Notes under the pieces: model-generated | Databases searched by the model: none | What the model saw: the letters and a program-made list of their open reading frames with translations, nothing else | Told to the model about the DNA's origin: nothing | Part shown: one piece after another, positions 29,435 to 40,163 of the stretch | Layout of the letters: the number at the start of each line of letters is the position of its first letter | How positions within the stretch are numbered: position 1 is the stretch's first letter | Source of the DNA: a virus | Lineage: Duplodnaviria > Caudoviricetes | Length of the DNA stretch: 64,000 nt | Virus record (IMG/VR): IMGVR_UViG_3300025848_000001 | Location: 55,838 to 119,837 of that record | Direction: 5' to 3' (one strand) | Program-made: the position numbers and the translations under genes

Positions 29435-30653
29435 TTTTGTACCTTTTAGAATTTAAATATTTTTCTGGATCACTTTTAATTGGACTATCGACACCAAAAA
29501 TATCGTATTTTTTTTCTTTTGAAGCCCACATAGGCAACGCATATCTTATTCCATCAGTTACTGGAGTAATCATATGATAATAATTTGATGGAAATATTAC
29601 AGCAGAATATTTTTTAGGCTTATAAGTTAAATCAAAATCTTTAAATTTTAAATATCCACCAGTAAAATCATCATTTAGGTACACTACAGCACTTCTGTAA
29701 AGATGTTCAGCTCCAATGTGATTATCTGCATGGTAGGGCAAGCGTGTATCTTTTCCTAACATTGTCATCCAAAAAGCACTTGGGTACAATATATCATCTT
29801 TAAAAAAATTTTTAAAATTTAATATCATTTTTGAAGTGTATTTTTTTATTAACTCTATTTGCTCAGAATGATTTGATAATGGTACGGTTTCTGGTATATT
29901 AGCCTCGTGTCTAACTCTCTTAAACTCTACCTCTCCACGAGTTAATGGAAATTTTTCTTTATTAGAACTATTTTTAAATATGTAATTAATAAAATTTTCT
30001 GCATCTTCTTCTTCTATAAAATTTTCTATCATATAAATTTTAGAATTTTCAGGAAGATTATTATAAGTTTTGAATGAATATTCTGGGATAATATCAATTA
30101 ATAAATGAACCCTATCTTGTTTACTATTATTTAAAACAGAATGTGGTTTAAAATTGTTTATCTCCCAACATTCTCCCTGTTTCATATTAATTTTTTCATC
30201 GTTAACTATATAAAATACATTTTCATTTGTTATTATTGGTATATGATATCTTCTTACAGTTGATAAATATTCTCCGCCGTCAACGTGTGTTGCAACATCA
30301 CTTTCAGAATTAAGTTTTATTAATAAAATTCTAGCTGCTTTGCCAACATTAAAATCTTCTAAATCTTTAACTATATCATCTATCATTTTTAATAAAAACA
30401 TATCCTTGACAACAGGGGAAGGGCTAGAACCAAATTTCCAGTCTAAAGGGTGATCTTGTATAACATATGTATTTGTATATAAATGAGGATTACGCCTATC
30501 GTCGTACTTAACATTTTGCCTAGATGTATCTATTTCCCATTCTTTTGTAAAAAGAACAACATGATCATGTATATTTTTTACTTCGTATTTTTTAAACATT
30601 TTAAAATTAAATGCTTCTAATTCTTTTTTAGGAACAATATCTCTTCTCATCAC
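29427..30653 (-). CDS. fusion of Asp/Asn beta-hydroxylase-like and P4H-like 2OG-Fe(II) domains
   Basis: N-domain HVD...RRYHIPI...EINN..PHSV.N..DRVHL; C-domain HAD, YLNDDFTGG, HMI...GIRY. Confidence 0.82.
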   Translation of the reverse strand: MMRRDIVPKKELEAFNFKMFKKYEVKNIHDHVVLFTKEWEIDTSRQNVKYDDRRNPHLYTNTYVIQDHPLDWKFGSSPSPVVKDMFLLKMIDDIVKDLEDFNVGKAARILLIKLNSESDVATHVDGGEYLSTVRRYHIPIITNENVFYIVNDEKINMKQGECWEINNFKPHSVLNNSKQDRVHLLIDIIPEYSFKTYNNLPENSKIYMIENFIEEEDAENFINYIFKNSSNKEKFPLTRGEVEFKRVRHEANIPETVPLSNHSEQIELIKKYTSKMILNFKNFFKDDILYPSAFWMTMLGKDTRLPYHADNHIGAEHLYRSAVVYLNDDFTGGYLKFKDFDLTYKPKKYSAVIFPSNYYHMITPVTDGIRYALPMWASKEKKYDIFGVDSPIKSDPEKYLNSKRYKNG

Positions 30654-31453
30654 TGGCCTTCTTTATTTTTAATATAATTATAAATTTCAATATCTATTTT
30701 ATTTAAATCATTAAATTTATTAATCTCTTCAACATTTAAAGATTTAATTAAATCAAAATGAGATGATATTTGGTTATCAAAATTATATGTTGTAACATTA
30801 ACTTTATCATTAAAATTAAATTTAATTTCTTTATTATGATTTTCTAAAAACCATTTTTTTATATTATCGCAAAATAAATTTATGTTATCAAGGGTATTTA
30901 CTATTTTAAAACTATCTATTTGTTCTTTAGCATTTTCAATTGAAGTATTGCTGTTGTCCACAAACCAATCAAACCCTTGTCCATCAAAATATTTTTTCAT
31001 TAATTTAGGTCCGCTATTTTCAAAAAATTTTTTTAAATCCCAAGAATCTTTATCAGCTGGATTACATATAAATCTTGATTGATAATTATTATGTATTAAA
31101 AAATTTTTATCTTGGAAAAGGTAATAAACAAACTTTTCTTTTACGTCTTTAATACTTTTATATTCTTCTCTTTCTTTTAAATATAACGGGTATATAAAAG
31201 TAAAATAGCTTGACCTTGCCTCTATTGGATTTCTTAATATTGTTGCTACATCTAAATCTTCTACTTCATTCAACACAAAAGTTCCAGCGTGAGCAGATAT
31301 ATATATTTTATTTTTTAAAAAATTTTTATTATTTGGATAATGTGTACTTATGTAAGATAAAGAATCATCATCTAAACTTTTTTTTATATTAGCAGAAATA
31401 AATTTACCAGCAGTTTTTGGTATATGTAAAAAATATAAAGTTTTATTTTTCAT
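30650..31453 (-). CDS. sulfotransferase family 2-like protein
   Basis: FLHIPKTAG, LRNPIEA.SSY, N.IDIEIY. Confidence 0.75.
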   Translation of the reverse strand: MKNKTLYFLHIPKTAGKFISANIKKSLDDDSLSYISTHYPNNKNFLKNKIYISAHAGTFVLNEVEDLDVATILRNPIEARSSYFTFIYPLYLKEREEYKSIKDVKEKFVYYLFQDKNFLIHNNYQSRFICNPADKDSWDLKKFFENSGPKLMKKYFDGQGFDWFVDNSNTSIENAKEQIDSFKIVNTLDNINLFCDNIKKWFLENHNKEIKFNFNDKVNVTTYNFDNQISSHFDLIKSLNVEEINKFNDLNKIDIEIYNYIKNKEGQ

Positions 31454-32069
31454 AAACTTCTCTACCTTTAATTTTTTTCCATTGTCCTATTTTGCCAATA
31501 AAAACTTTTTTTCTTAAAATTTCTGCAAAAGTTTGATGCGGTTCTGAAGCTCCAATATACTCTTGCCCAGTTTCCATATCTATTATCTTCCATTTAGAAG
31601 GGGCTTTAGTATGTATGATTAGGTCTATTGGGTGATCAAAATCTTCTACCTCTGAACCATCAAGGAGTTTTCTAAATTTAATTTTAAAATCCTAAATCTT
31701 CTACTTTATCTACTTGACTATCAATAGAATTTATTACATCTATGTCTAAATCTGTTGAACTACTTTTTGTTTGACACATCTTTCTTAGGATGATTAGGCT
31801 TATAATCATCTAGAACAGCTTTTACTGTTCCGTCTTTTCTAAGCCTAACTATCTTGCCATCTTTAATTTGAGTAGCATTAAAAGGAAAACTTGCTCTACG
31901 TTGTCCAGAAGACATTATACTTTTTTTCTTCCAACTCTTTTAGGTTGTAAAACAGTTTCTCTTCGTATGCCGTGTTTATTTCTATCTATTTTTATAGCAG
32001 GTTTAAACTTGCCCTGATTAGGGTGTTTTTTTGTAGCACTTCCTGATGTTACTGTATTTTGTTCTGACA

Positions 32070-32168
32070 TTATCTGCCTTTAACAGAATCAGAAGTTACA
32101 ACATTGCGATCAGCGGCAGATTCATATTGAGTTTCTTCTACCCCTTCGCATCCACATTCTTTACACAT
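32070..32168 (-). CDS. 32-aa peptide starting MCKECGC
   Basis: translated by hand; TAATG overlap with upstream ORF. Confidence 0.5.
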   Translation of the reverse strand: MCKECGCEGVEETQYESAADRNVVTSDSVKGR

Positions 32169-32359
32169 TAATCTGGGTCCTCTATACCTTCTCGCATTTC
32201 GTGAACTGGATCTTCTTCAATAAATTCTTCTCTTTGTCCACGTGTTGCAGTCATGTCAAGAGTCAATCCTGCATTGCCTTGACTTGTCATATCTATTAAA
32301 GATACTGGAGTTACGCCTACTGGGCTACCAACATTATTGCAACCGCATTCGACGCACAT
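32168..32359 (-). CDS. 63-aa peptide starting MCVECGC
   Basis: ORF track; coupled to neighbours. Confidence 0.55.
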   Translation of the reverse strand: MCVECGCNNVGSPVGVTPVSLIDMTSQGNAGLTLDMTATRGQREEFIEEDPVHEMREGIEDPD

Positions 32360-32361
32360 TA

Positions 32362-32535
32362 TTACTTACCGCCTTGTCCTACACCAGAACTGTCCTGTGT
32401 AGATTTATCTTCTGCTGCTGGCCAAGAAAGACCTGCACCAAATGATCCACCAGACGCTGGGGACTGTGACGCTGCAGGCCACGGAGTGGTTCCTGCTGGC
32501 TTAGTATTATTAAAGCCGTCTAAATTTTCTGACAT
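32362..32535 (-). CDS. 57-aa G/S/A/P-rich peptide with two WPAA motifs
   Basis: AGGAG RBS; translated by hand. Confidence 0.55.
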   Translation of the reverse strand: MSENLDGFNNTKPAGTTPWPAASQSPASGGSFGAGLSWPAAEDKSTQDSSGVGQGGK

Positions 32536-32727
32536 TATATTTCTCCTATAGGTTGTATTTAAGCGGGTCTAGAAGTCCGCTCATCTTTATATTATATCAT
32601 TTTTTGTATATCGTGTTATAGCAGTCTCTACAGACTTGAATAATCTTTGTTTCTGTAGAAGTCATATTTGTAGCTTTTTGACCGCAGCCAGGAATATCGC
32701 ATATTTCTAAAATATCCACTAGACCCC

Positions 32728-33513
32728 CTATCTTTCAGACATCTTTTTAACAAATTCATGAACACGCTCAACCTCTGGGTCAAAAGGCATCCCAGTAATC
32801 ATTAAATCTGTTACGCCCATCTTTTTTAACTCTTCAATTTTTTTAATTAAAGTTTCTTCAGAATAGTAATAACACCATTTTGATCTTCCGTCTTTATAAA
32901 GATTATTTTTTATATTTTCAGCCTCTTCATCAGTATCTCGTATACAAATTTGTAAACTGACACATTTTTTATCAAATTTTGAAAAGAAATTAATATTTTC
33001 TAAAAAATAATCTACCATAACCATGCAGATGCCATTAAATTTTTCACAATAGCTAAAAGTTTTTTCAGATGTTCCGCTCATAAACATTTCAGGTAAATTA
33101 TTTTTTATAATATCTATGTTAGTAAATTTTTCTAACCATTTCCCAGTATACTTTACTCTGTCTTGAGAAGATAATAAATAAGATGAATCTACTAAATCCT
33201 CTATGCTGGTTTCATCTTTATGAATATCACCAGATACTATATTGAAAATTAATTTATTATTTGATATTTCATTAAATCCATTTATTATCATGGCAAGATA
33301 TTCTGGGCTTATGGCGTAAGTTCTCATTGCAACAGTATATTTTAAATTTATTTCAGGGTCTATTGCATGAGCCAATTTAATTAACATATCATTTTTTTTA
33401 GAATGATATGTTAGCATACAAGAATAATAACCATAATCATTTAATTCTTTAAAAACTTTTTTTAAAGAATTTGGATCATTGTTTTCATGCCTTATCATCC
33501 AATGATATTTCAT
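32728..33513 (-). CDS. luciferase-like (LLM class) flavin-dependent oxidoreductase
   Basis: AMRTYAISPEY, FNIVSG, SGTS, ICIRDTDEEA. Confidence 0.7.
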   Translation of the reverse strand: MKYHWMIRHENNDPNSLKKVFKELNDYGYYSCMLTYHSKKNDMLIKLAHAIDPEINLKYTVAMRTYAISPEYLAMIINGFNEISNNKLIFNIVSGDIHKDETSIEDLVDSSYLLSSQDRVKYTGKWLEKFTNIDIIKNNLPEMFMSGTSEKTFSYCEKFNGICMVMVDYFLENINFFSKFDKKCVSLQICIRDTDEEAENIKNNLYKDGRSKWCYYYSEETLIKKIEELKKMGVTDLMITGMPFDPEVERVHEFVKKMSER

Positions 33514-33520
33514 TAGCTTA

Positions 33521-34147
33521 CTATAAAATACCTTGAGGAGACGGATATTTTCTAAATAAATATCCGTTTGTAATATATCTCATACCACTTTTAACAAGTA
33601 AAACTTCATGCTCTGTTCCATCTGGGAATATAATTACAGAGCCAGCTTCGGGCTTAATGCTTACATTATCGTCTTTAAATTTTAATTCTCCACCATCATA
33701 ATCTTCATTTAAATAAAATAATGCTGTATATCCCCCACCATTTAAAGATAAAATGCCGTCGGAGTGAGAGCTCATTGTAGAACCTGGCAAATATCTTCTT
33801 ATATTTAAAACACAATTAGAGTAATCCCATCTTGAGGCTACTGGATTTATATCAAGATTTTCCATTGATATTTGTTCATTATTATGAATTAAATAATGTT
33901 TAATACAATCAATAAATACATTTAATATTTTTTCATATAAATCAACATTTGGCTTAAGACAAAAAACTTCACCTATTACTGAACTTTCTGCTTTAGTGCC
34001 ATCTGGATTATATTCATTTGTATAATTATGCCAGTAAAAGTCAACAGATGAATTAGACAAATCCTCTATTTCTTTTAAAAAAATTTCTGTATTTATTTTT
34101 TTATTTTTATAATACCAAATTTTTTCTGTTAACTTAACAACTTCCAT
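33521..34147 (-). CDS. 2OG-Fe(II) oxygenase
   Basis: HSD, YLNEDYDGGE, HEV..V.SG.RY. Confidence 0.88.
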   Translation of the reverse strand: MEVVKLTEKIWYYKNKKINTEIFLKEIEDLSNSSVDFYWHNYTNEYNPDGTKAESSVIGEVFCLKPNVDLYEKILNVFIDCIKHYLIHNNEQISMENLDINPVASRWDYSNCVLNIRRYLPGSTMSSHSDGILSLNGGGYTALFYLNEDYDGGELKFKDDNVSIKPEAGSVIIFPDGTEHEVLLVKSGMRYITNGYLFRKYPSPQGIL

Positions 34148-34150
34148 AAT

Positions 34151-34423
34151 TTATAGTGCTTGTTGAGGCTTTCCTGATCCGCCAGACTTCTTGGCTGGTG
34201 CCTTCTTGGCTGGTGCCTTCTTGGCTGGTGCCTTCTTAGCTGGTGCCTTCTTGGCTGGTGCCTTCTTGGCTGGTGCCTTCTTAGCTGGTGCCTTCTTGGC
34301 TGGTGCCTTCTTATTTTCTTCCATATTTGTTTCCCCTAATCTTTTTGTTAAAATTTTTTCAATTTCCTTTTGGTATTCTGTAGCCAAAGGGAACCCGAAC
34401 CACTTTTTTAATTTATTTAACAT
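34151..34423 (-). CDS. histone H1-like basic protein with 8 KKAPA repeats
   Basis: 15-bp tandem repeat 34187-34312. Confidence 0.75.
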   Translation of the reverse strand: MLNKLKKWFGFPLATEYQKEIEKILTKRLGETNMEENKKAPAKKAPAKKAPAKKAPAKKAPAKKAPAKKAPAKKAPAKKSGGSGKPQQAL

Positions 34424-34634
34424 GCTTTTTCTTTCTCTTCTAACTTTCTAATAATAAACCCAAGAACTTCTCTTGGTCTCCACTCAGGTGGAAATTCTAA
34501 ATTTTCTAATTCATTTATCAATTCACTTAATACTTTTTGTTTTATTATGTGAAAATGATCCCATTCCATATTATTTAATTCTATCATATTTAAAGTAATG
34601 GGGCGATATCTCTACCGCCCCATTAATAATTAGA

Positions 34635-35795
34635 TTACTTTACTAAAGCAACCTTGGCTTTTGGATTAGCCTTGTTCCACTTTGCAGCGAGAGCATTGAA
34701 TGCCTTCTTCATTGCTGCAAGTGCAGCATCATTATCTGCCTTAACCTTTGCAAGTTCTGCAGCATGTGCAGCAGTAGCATCTGCAAGAGCTTTGTCAGCA
34801 GCGACCTTAGCAGTTACTGCTTCAGCCTTAAGCTTAGCAACTTCTGCATTAACTGTTACGAGATCAGCAGCAGCCTTTAAAGCAGCAGCATCAGCAACAG
34901 CCTTTGCGGTTGCAGCAGCAGTTGCAGCAGCAGTCTTATCTGCTTCACGAGCAGCCTTTTCTGCAGCAAGTGCATCCTGTGCAGACTTTAGTTCTGCAGC
35001 GAGATCACGAATTGCAATTTCTACAAATGGATTAACACTTGGAGCGGTTAGTCCAGTTACGGTGCTTGCACCATCAGTAGAGGTTGTAAGTGTAACTGCT
35101 ATCAAAGACTTGGTAAATCCTGTTGCTGGTAGTGTTACCTTAAATGTTGCTGTTCCGAAATCAGCAAGTGTTGCTCCTGTTGTGGCAGTAGCAGAATCAA
35201 GCGTTCCGCTTGAAGCCCAAACGCTTGCAGTAAGTCCCTTTCCAGAAACCTTATTGCCAAATACGTCTGTTGCCGTTACAACGATGTCCTGCTTAGTTCC
35301 AGCAGCACCTGTTGCAGGGGCGGAAACAGAAAGAGTATTAATCTTTCCTGCTGTGCCCTGTACATAATATGTTAATGTTGTTCCTTGGTTAGTAATTACT
35401 ACTGAACCAATTGCTGTCGTTTTAGTATATACATAAAACGTTGCGGTTGTTCCTGTGCCTGTAGCAATTGTCAAAGATGAAGATCCTGACGATGCTGATA
35501 CTGGGGCAGCAGATGTATGTAATGCAGAAACAATTGTTGCATTTGTTGCTACGACAGAAACTGATGTTCCTGTATCAACTGTTGCGACAAACTTTAGTGC
35601 ATCTGTTGCATCCACTGTGTTATCAGCAGGTACTGGCAATGAAGCTGGTGTAGCAATAGCGGATGCTGTTGTATTAGCAGTTCCGTTAAGGTCTACAGCG
35701 ACTGTCATTACAGCAGCACTTGCAGGTGTTGCTACGATTGTTGCGGTAGTCATGGCTGCAACCATGGCTAGAGCGATTTTCTTAAATGATTTCAT
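34635..35795 (-). CDS. secreted Ala/Thr-rich surface (S-layer-like) protein
   Basis: signal peptide MKSFKKIALAMVAAM...ASA, beta-rich core, Ala-rich coiled-coil tail. Confidence 0.6.
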   Translation of the reverse strand: MKSFKKIALAMVAAMTTATIVATPASAAVMTVAVDLNGTANTTASAIATPASLPVPADNTVDATDALKFVATVDTGTSVSVVATNATIVSALHTSAAPVSASSGSSSLTIATGTGTTATFYVYTKTTAIGSVVITNQGTTLTYYVQGTAGKINTLSVSAPATGAAGTKQDIVVTATDVFGNKVSGKGLTASVWASSGTLDSATATTGATLADFGTATFKVTLPATGFTKSLIAVTLTTSTDGASTVTGLTAPSVNPFVEIAIRDLAAELKSAQDALAAEKAAREADKTAAATAAATAKAVADAAALKAAADLVTVNAEVAKLKAEAVTAKVAADKALADATAAHAAELAKVKADNDAALAAMKKAFNALAAKWNKANPKAKVALVK

Positions 35796-36006
35796 TTAAT
35801 TTATTTCTCCTTATATACTCTGATTCTATATTGTGAATCAGAATTCTATTCTAATTCCCATATTCTTACATGAAAAGAACATGGATCTTCGCCATCTTCC
35901 CATTGCTGGGACTCTTCTTCAGTTATCGGCGGACCTTCATGGGTATTGCAAAATACATCTGATATCCAACCATTATCATAACCAAACTTAATCCATTCAT
36001 CAAATT

Positions 36007-36309
36007 CTAAATCCATTCTTTTACTTCTTCCATCATTATGTGTTTAGGTTTTGCTCCAACAATTCGCTTAACTGGCTTTCCATCTTTAAACAGAATAGTT
36101 GTAGGAATACTAGTAACTTCATACTCCATGGGCTTAATAGGTTCATTATCAACATTAATTTTCCCCAACCATATTCCAGTTTCTTGAGAAACTTCTTCTA
36201 TAATAGGAGAAAACATTTTGCATGGCCTGCACCATTCCGCCCAAAAATCTATCATAATTAATTTATGAGAGTTAATCATAGTGTCAAAATTTTCGTCAGT
36301 AACTATCAT
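36007..36309 (-). CDS. trxA: thioredoxin
   Basis: DFWAEWCRPC, SIPT, GAKPK. Confidence 0.92.
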   Translation of the reverse strand: MIVTDENFDTMINSHKLIMIDFWAEWCRPCKMFSPIIEEVSQETGIWLGKINVDNEPIKPMEYEVTSIPTTILFKDGKPVKRIVGAKPKHIMMEEVKEWI

Positions 36310-36776
36310 TATGCCTCCACATGAGTAGGCCAATAATAACTACATGACACGCAGCAAGTATATCCTAGTTCCCTAAAATCCGCAAACTCAGAATAGAAGT
36401 AGTAGCTATCTGGATCTTTTTCATACAATCTACCTCTGTGTGAGTAATGAACACGCTCATCTCCGAGCCACCAAGGTGAGTCTGACTCTACACCCCAAAA
36501 GTTATCTTGATATATTTGATCAAATTGAACACGAGTACTATTTTTATAACCACGCATTAGTATTTCTTTAATAATTGATTCGTTATACTGAAAAAGCCAA
36601 TCTTCATGGCCAGCCCACATTTTTATGGCGGGGTGGTTTTTCCATGCGCCTGAAGTATATAGTCCAGCCAACGATTTTAGCACCTGTAGATTTTCTACGC
36701 TTTGTTTAATTAAACGCTTACGATCAAGATGCTTTGCAGTTTTGTCAAAATCACGATGTGGTAAAAAAGTTTGCAT
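36309..36776 (-). CDS. MSMEG_6728 / pyrimidine-dimer glycosylase-like protein
   Basis: MQTFLP...LDRKRL.KQ.VE, HPA..MW, SH...L..KDP..Y, Y.WP. Confidence 0.82.
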   Translation of the reverse strand: MQTFLPHRDFDKTAKHLDRKRLIKQSVENLQVLKSLAGLYTSGAWKNHPAIKMWAGHEDWLFQYNESIIKEILMRGYKNSTRVQFDQIYQDNFWGVESDSPWWLGDERVHYSHRGRLYEKDPDSYYFYSEFADFRELGYTCCVSCSYYWPTHVEA

Positions 36777-36831
36777 ATCCGTATATTCTACTAAATAAGC
36801 AGGGGGTTGGTCAACCCCCTGCTGTTATTAA

Positions 36832-37779
36832 TTAGCTATTAATTGCTTTTTCTGAATTAATTAATTGTCCTATTTGATTAGGCAGCATTCCTTTAATTGG
36901 AGTAGATGTAGACTTAATCAAATCAAGAATTTGCTGTGCAGTTAAATTAGGCTTAGCAGTAGATATTTGTAGCCATTTTGCTGCTGCAATTTGTGTGGAT
37001 ACAGATGTTCCATATGCGTATCCAGTTTGACCTCCTGGGAAAATAACTGGACTTGATATTGAAGCAAACATATCAATTAAATTAGGATCATAATTACTTG
37101 TTCTGGATATAAATGAACCTGAAGAACCCAAATCATCTGCACCTCCAACAGCAATTGCAAGAGGAGAACATGCGGGCCAATCAATTCTTTGAGAGTCTCT
37201 GTTGTTTCCAGCAGCAAAGAATACTGGGATATTTGCATCCCAAAAAGATTTAAGAATATTATCTACTGGAGTTGCTGGGCAATATGCAGAACCGCTACGT
37301 AAATTATGATGTCCTTGTGACATAGAAACAGCTTTAATATTATACTTTTCTTTATTGTTAAAAATCCATGTCAAAGCATTTGGCACAGTATTTGTTCCAG
37401 TAGTTTGACGACTACCTGTTGATGTGTTTCCAATAATTCTAACAAATAAAATATTCATGTTTGGATTATTAGCGATTGCAATTGAAACCATCTGCGTTCC
37501 GTGGCTGAAGTTAGAAGTGCTTAATATAGACTGAAATAAATAAGTTGACCCTGAACCTTCCATAAATTTTGTATTATTTGGACAAGAAGGCCAATCTAAA
37601 ATACAAACTTCGTGAATAAGCTTTTGTTTAATTGATGGTACAGTAAAGTCAACAGCAGTATCAATTACTGCTAATGTTGGGACTTGAGTACTGTTTTTTA
37701 ATCCTGCCTTATTTGCATGAGCAGGTAGCGATGTTATAAGTAGTAGTGTGGCTACTAGAGCCGTTATTAGTTTTTTCAT
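36832..37779 (-). CDS. secreted S8 (subtilisin-like) peptidase
   Basis: signal peptide; AVIDT, HGT, AAGN, GTS catalytic motifs. Confidence 0.82.
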   Translation of the reverse strand: MKKLITALVATLLLITSLPAHANKAGLKNSTQVPTLAVIDTAVDFTVPSIKQKLIHEVCILDWPSCPNNTKFMEGSGSTYLFQSILSTSNFSHGTQMVSIAIANNPNMNILFVRIIGNTSTGSRQTTGTNTVPNALTWIFNNKEKYNIKAVSMSQGHHNLRSGSAYCPATPVDNILKSFWDANIPVFFAAGNNRDSQRIDWPACSPLAIAVGGADDLGSSGSFISRTSNYDPNLIDMFASISSPVIFPGGQTGYAYGTSVSTQIAAAKWLQISTAKPNLTAQQILDLIKSTSTPIKGMLPNQIGQLINSEKAINS

Positions 37780-37993
37780 GTATGTATTTTACTAAAATAC
37801 TACTGGATTGTCAATAGTTATTACTGTTGTGGGGGCAAACGTCTTGGATACCATTTACCAGAATCCATACGTACATTTTCTTGCGGAGCATTCTGAGCAT
37901 TAATAATGCTATTAATAATTTCATGTACCAAATCTAATTCAATTCTAAGCTTATAAATCTCTAGTTCTAATATATTAATTCTTTGCGACTTTC

Positions 37994-38218
37994 TCATTCC
38001 GATCCATCTCTATCTATTGGCGTTGGAGCCGTTGCTAATGTACCACAATTGGCACATTCCATGTCTAAAAAATAACTTGCAATTTCAAAATTATAAAAAA
38101 TTACTTTTAAATTAAAAATATCACAACCACAAGGACAAACATGAGTGGGAACTCCACGAACATCCATAGCCTGACTATAGTCTGGTTTTAGATTATTTAC
38201 ATCCTGTGGCTCTTCCAT
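37994..38218 (-). CDS. Zn-ribbon protein
   Basis: CPCGC...CANC. Confidence 0.55.
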   Translation of the reverse strand: MEEPQDVNNLKPDYSQAMDVRGVPTHVCPCGCDIFNLKVIFYNFEIASYFLDMECANCGTLATAPTPIDRDGSE

Positions 38219-38232
38219 TAAATAATTATATC

Positions 38233-38799
38233 CTATACTTCTATAATTGTAAAGGGACCTCTTACGCTCATTATAAACTTTGCAGATGACTCTAATGCCA
38301 TCCTAACACGTTTACGTGGAGTTTTTATAGTACCTGTTGAAAATAGAGATCCCAATGCCACTTGCTGTCCACTTCCCTCTGCTAAGTATTCTACATCTAC
38401 TTCTGAAACATGATAGTCTACGTCCATTGTAAAAATTCTACCAGTATTTTGAACAGCAATTATTATAATCCCACCCTCATCACCATCTTCTGTTCCTTGA
38501 CCAAACCTTCCGTAACCATGTTCTTGATATGCTTCTTTGATTGATTCAACAAACTTAGTTCTCATAAATTTATCTAAGTTTTTAAAACCTGCAGTAGGTT
38601 TATAAACTGGAGGAGTCCAATTGTATTGAAGAATTTGACCCATTCTAAAACTGTCAACAAAGCCTATGCCAAATTGACCAACTTTAAAAACTTTTGGATC
38701 TGTTGTTTGTAAAATTAAACCAGACTTTTCATCAGATGCGGCTGAGTCACCACCAAGAAACACTTTATTACCAACTGAGAGGGCTACTATACAGGTCAT
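38233..38799 (-). CDS. HslV/proteasome-beta-like Ntn hydrolase
   Basis: N-terminal M-T, GGDS, KVF, GSG...ALGSL. Confidence 0.75.
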   Translation of the reverse strand: MTCIVALSVGNKVFLGGDSAASDEKSGLILQTTDPKVFKVGQFGIGFVDSFRMGQILQYNWTPPVYKPTAGFKNLDKFMRTKFVESIKEAYQEHGYGRFGQGTEDGDEGGIIIIAVQNTGRIFTMDVDYHVSEVDVEYLAEGSGQQVALGSLFSTGTIKTPRKRVRMALESSAKFIMSVRGPFTIIEV

Positions 38800-38812
38800 A
38801 TACCCTATTGTA

Positions 38813-39136
38813 CTATTTATAAAATTCGGAGTCTATATCCTCATGCATTTCAATATGGCTAAGCTGAGTCAAAGCATTTTCTAATTCAGCTTTAAGCCCA
38901 ATTAATTCCTGAATGGCATTATAATATTTATCTTTCCACTCAGTTAATTCCTTTTCTAATTTATATAGGTCTATTTTAAGGTCTTTTATTTCTAATTTAA
39001 GGTGGTCTTTTTCTCGCTCTTCCCGCCTGACCTTTTCTTTTTTAGAGTCCCTGATCCCAGCTATTATGGCCGTACCCATACCGCTTAAAATTGCTGCAAG
39101 AAGAGACAATACAACTGTCACATAATTAATATCCAT
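38813..39136 (-). CDS. membrane-anchored coiled-coil protein
   Basis: N-terminal TM, heptad tail. Confidence 0.55.
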   Translation of the reverse strand: MDINYVTVVLSLLAAILSGMGTAIIAGIRDSKKEKVRREEREKDHLKLEIKDLKIDLYKLEKELTEWKDKYYNAIQELIGLKAELENALTQLSHIEMHEDIDSEFYK

Positions 39137-39166
39137 TATAGTACTAATTATACAGTAAAATTAGAT

Positions 39167-39403
39167 TTAAACTAATAATTCTGAAGCAGTTATTTCTTGA
39201 CCGATATATCTTTTCTTCTGAATTACTTCTTTTACAAATTCATGACCACTTGATCTGCCTGCTAGTATTACTACCCAGCGTGGCTCATATTTAGAATCAA
39301 TACAGGTTTGGCACATAAATAAATTAATAGGCATTAAAGTAGATTGCCTTACAGATAATTTATTCTTAGTCTTATTGCATGAATAGCAAAGTATTTTTTC
39401 CAT
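39167..39403 (-). CDS. Zn-finger hypothetical protein
   Basis: CYSC...CQTC. Confidence 0.55.
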   Translation of the reverse strand: MEKILCYSCNKTKNKLSVRQSTLMPINLFMCQTCIDSKYEPRWVVILAGRSSGHEFVKEVIQKKRYIGQEITASELLV

Positions 39404-39544
39404 TATTCCTCTTCTATGAAGGTGAGATCTTCATTTTCAATATCTTCATATTGAATTTTACCATCTTTAAAATATCTAACTTTTGACATAAATAATCCTA
39501 TAGAGACAGCTTCTCCATAAAGATTTTCAGAATGTATTAACACT

Positions 39545-39862
39545 CTAACCGATTCCCTTTGCACTTGGTACCCCTTCAAGTTCGCATCTTACCCCGTAGG
39601 ACTCTATCATCTTTTTTACTCTCATAACATAATCTATAACTTGTTCTTTTTTACTTCCTGTAAACTGTATAAAGTTATCTTCATATAATCTTAAAGCTAG
39701 AAATTCTGGATATTTAACAACATCCATTTCTAAAAGAAGTGGCTTATTCATTTCCCTAAGCCTTTTTCTCATCTCTTCGTTGTAAAACACTGGCTTGTTA
39801 GGTTCACCAGTCCATAAATTAATACCATGTTTAAAATGGTGTTTATCGTTATTAAATACCAT
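39545..39862 (-). CDS. hypothetical protein
   Basis: ORF coupled to whiB. Confidence 0.55.
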   Translation of the reverse strand: MVFNNDKHHFKHGINLWTGEPNKPVFYNEEMRKRLREMNKPLLLEMDVVKYPEFLALRLYEDNFIQFTGSKKEQVIDYVMRVKKMIESYGVRCELEGVPSAKGIG

Positions 39863-40163
39863 TTTTTTTATTAACTTGTTTCCAAATATCTTTTGTTTTA
39901 TGAGTATTTCTCATTTTATCCACTCCGCCAGCATTTAAATAAATGCCTCCCCAAACACCATACTCATTGTTTTCTACACCAGCTTGGTAGCACATAGCCA
40001 TTACTGGACATGATAGACAACACTGATCTATATTAGTTGCTATTTTTGGATCAAGCTCGTACTTATCAAAAAATAAATTTGTATCCATTCCCTGGCATGC
40101 TGCTAAATGCCACCAATTAAGGTTATCTTCGTCCGTATTTAAATCATTTAAAATATTTGACAT
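39852..40163 (-). CDS. whiB: WhiB-family transcription factor
   Basis: W..LAAC...LFF, C..CPV...C, YGVWGG. Confidence 0.9.
   Translation of the reverse strand: MSNILNDLNTDEDNLNWWHLAACQGMDTNLFFDKYELDPKIATNIDQCCLSCPVMAMCYQAGVENNEYGVWGGIYLNAGGVDKMRNTHKTKDIWKQVNKKNGI

Noticed and set aside
34187-34451. 15-bp tandem repeat and the plus-strand (AGAFL)n ORF
   Set aside because: Explained by the KKAPA coding repeat on the minus strand.
34654-35799. Long plus-strand ORFs (237 aa and 114 aa)
   Set aside because: Antisense shadows of the Ala-rich gene; no RBS or recognisable domain.
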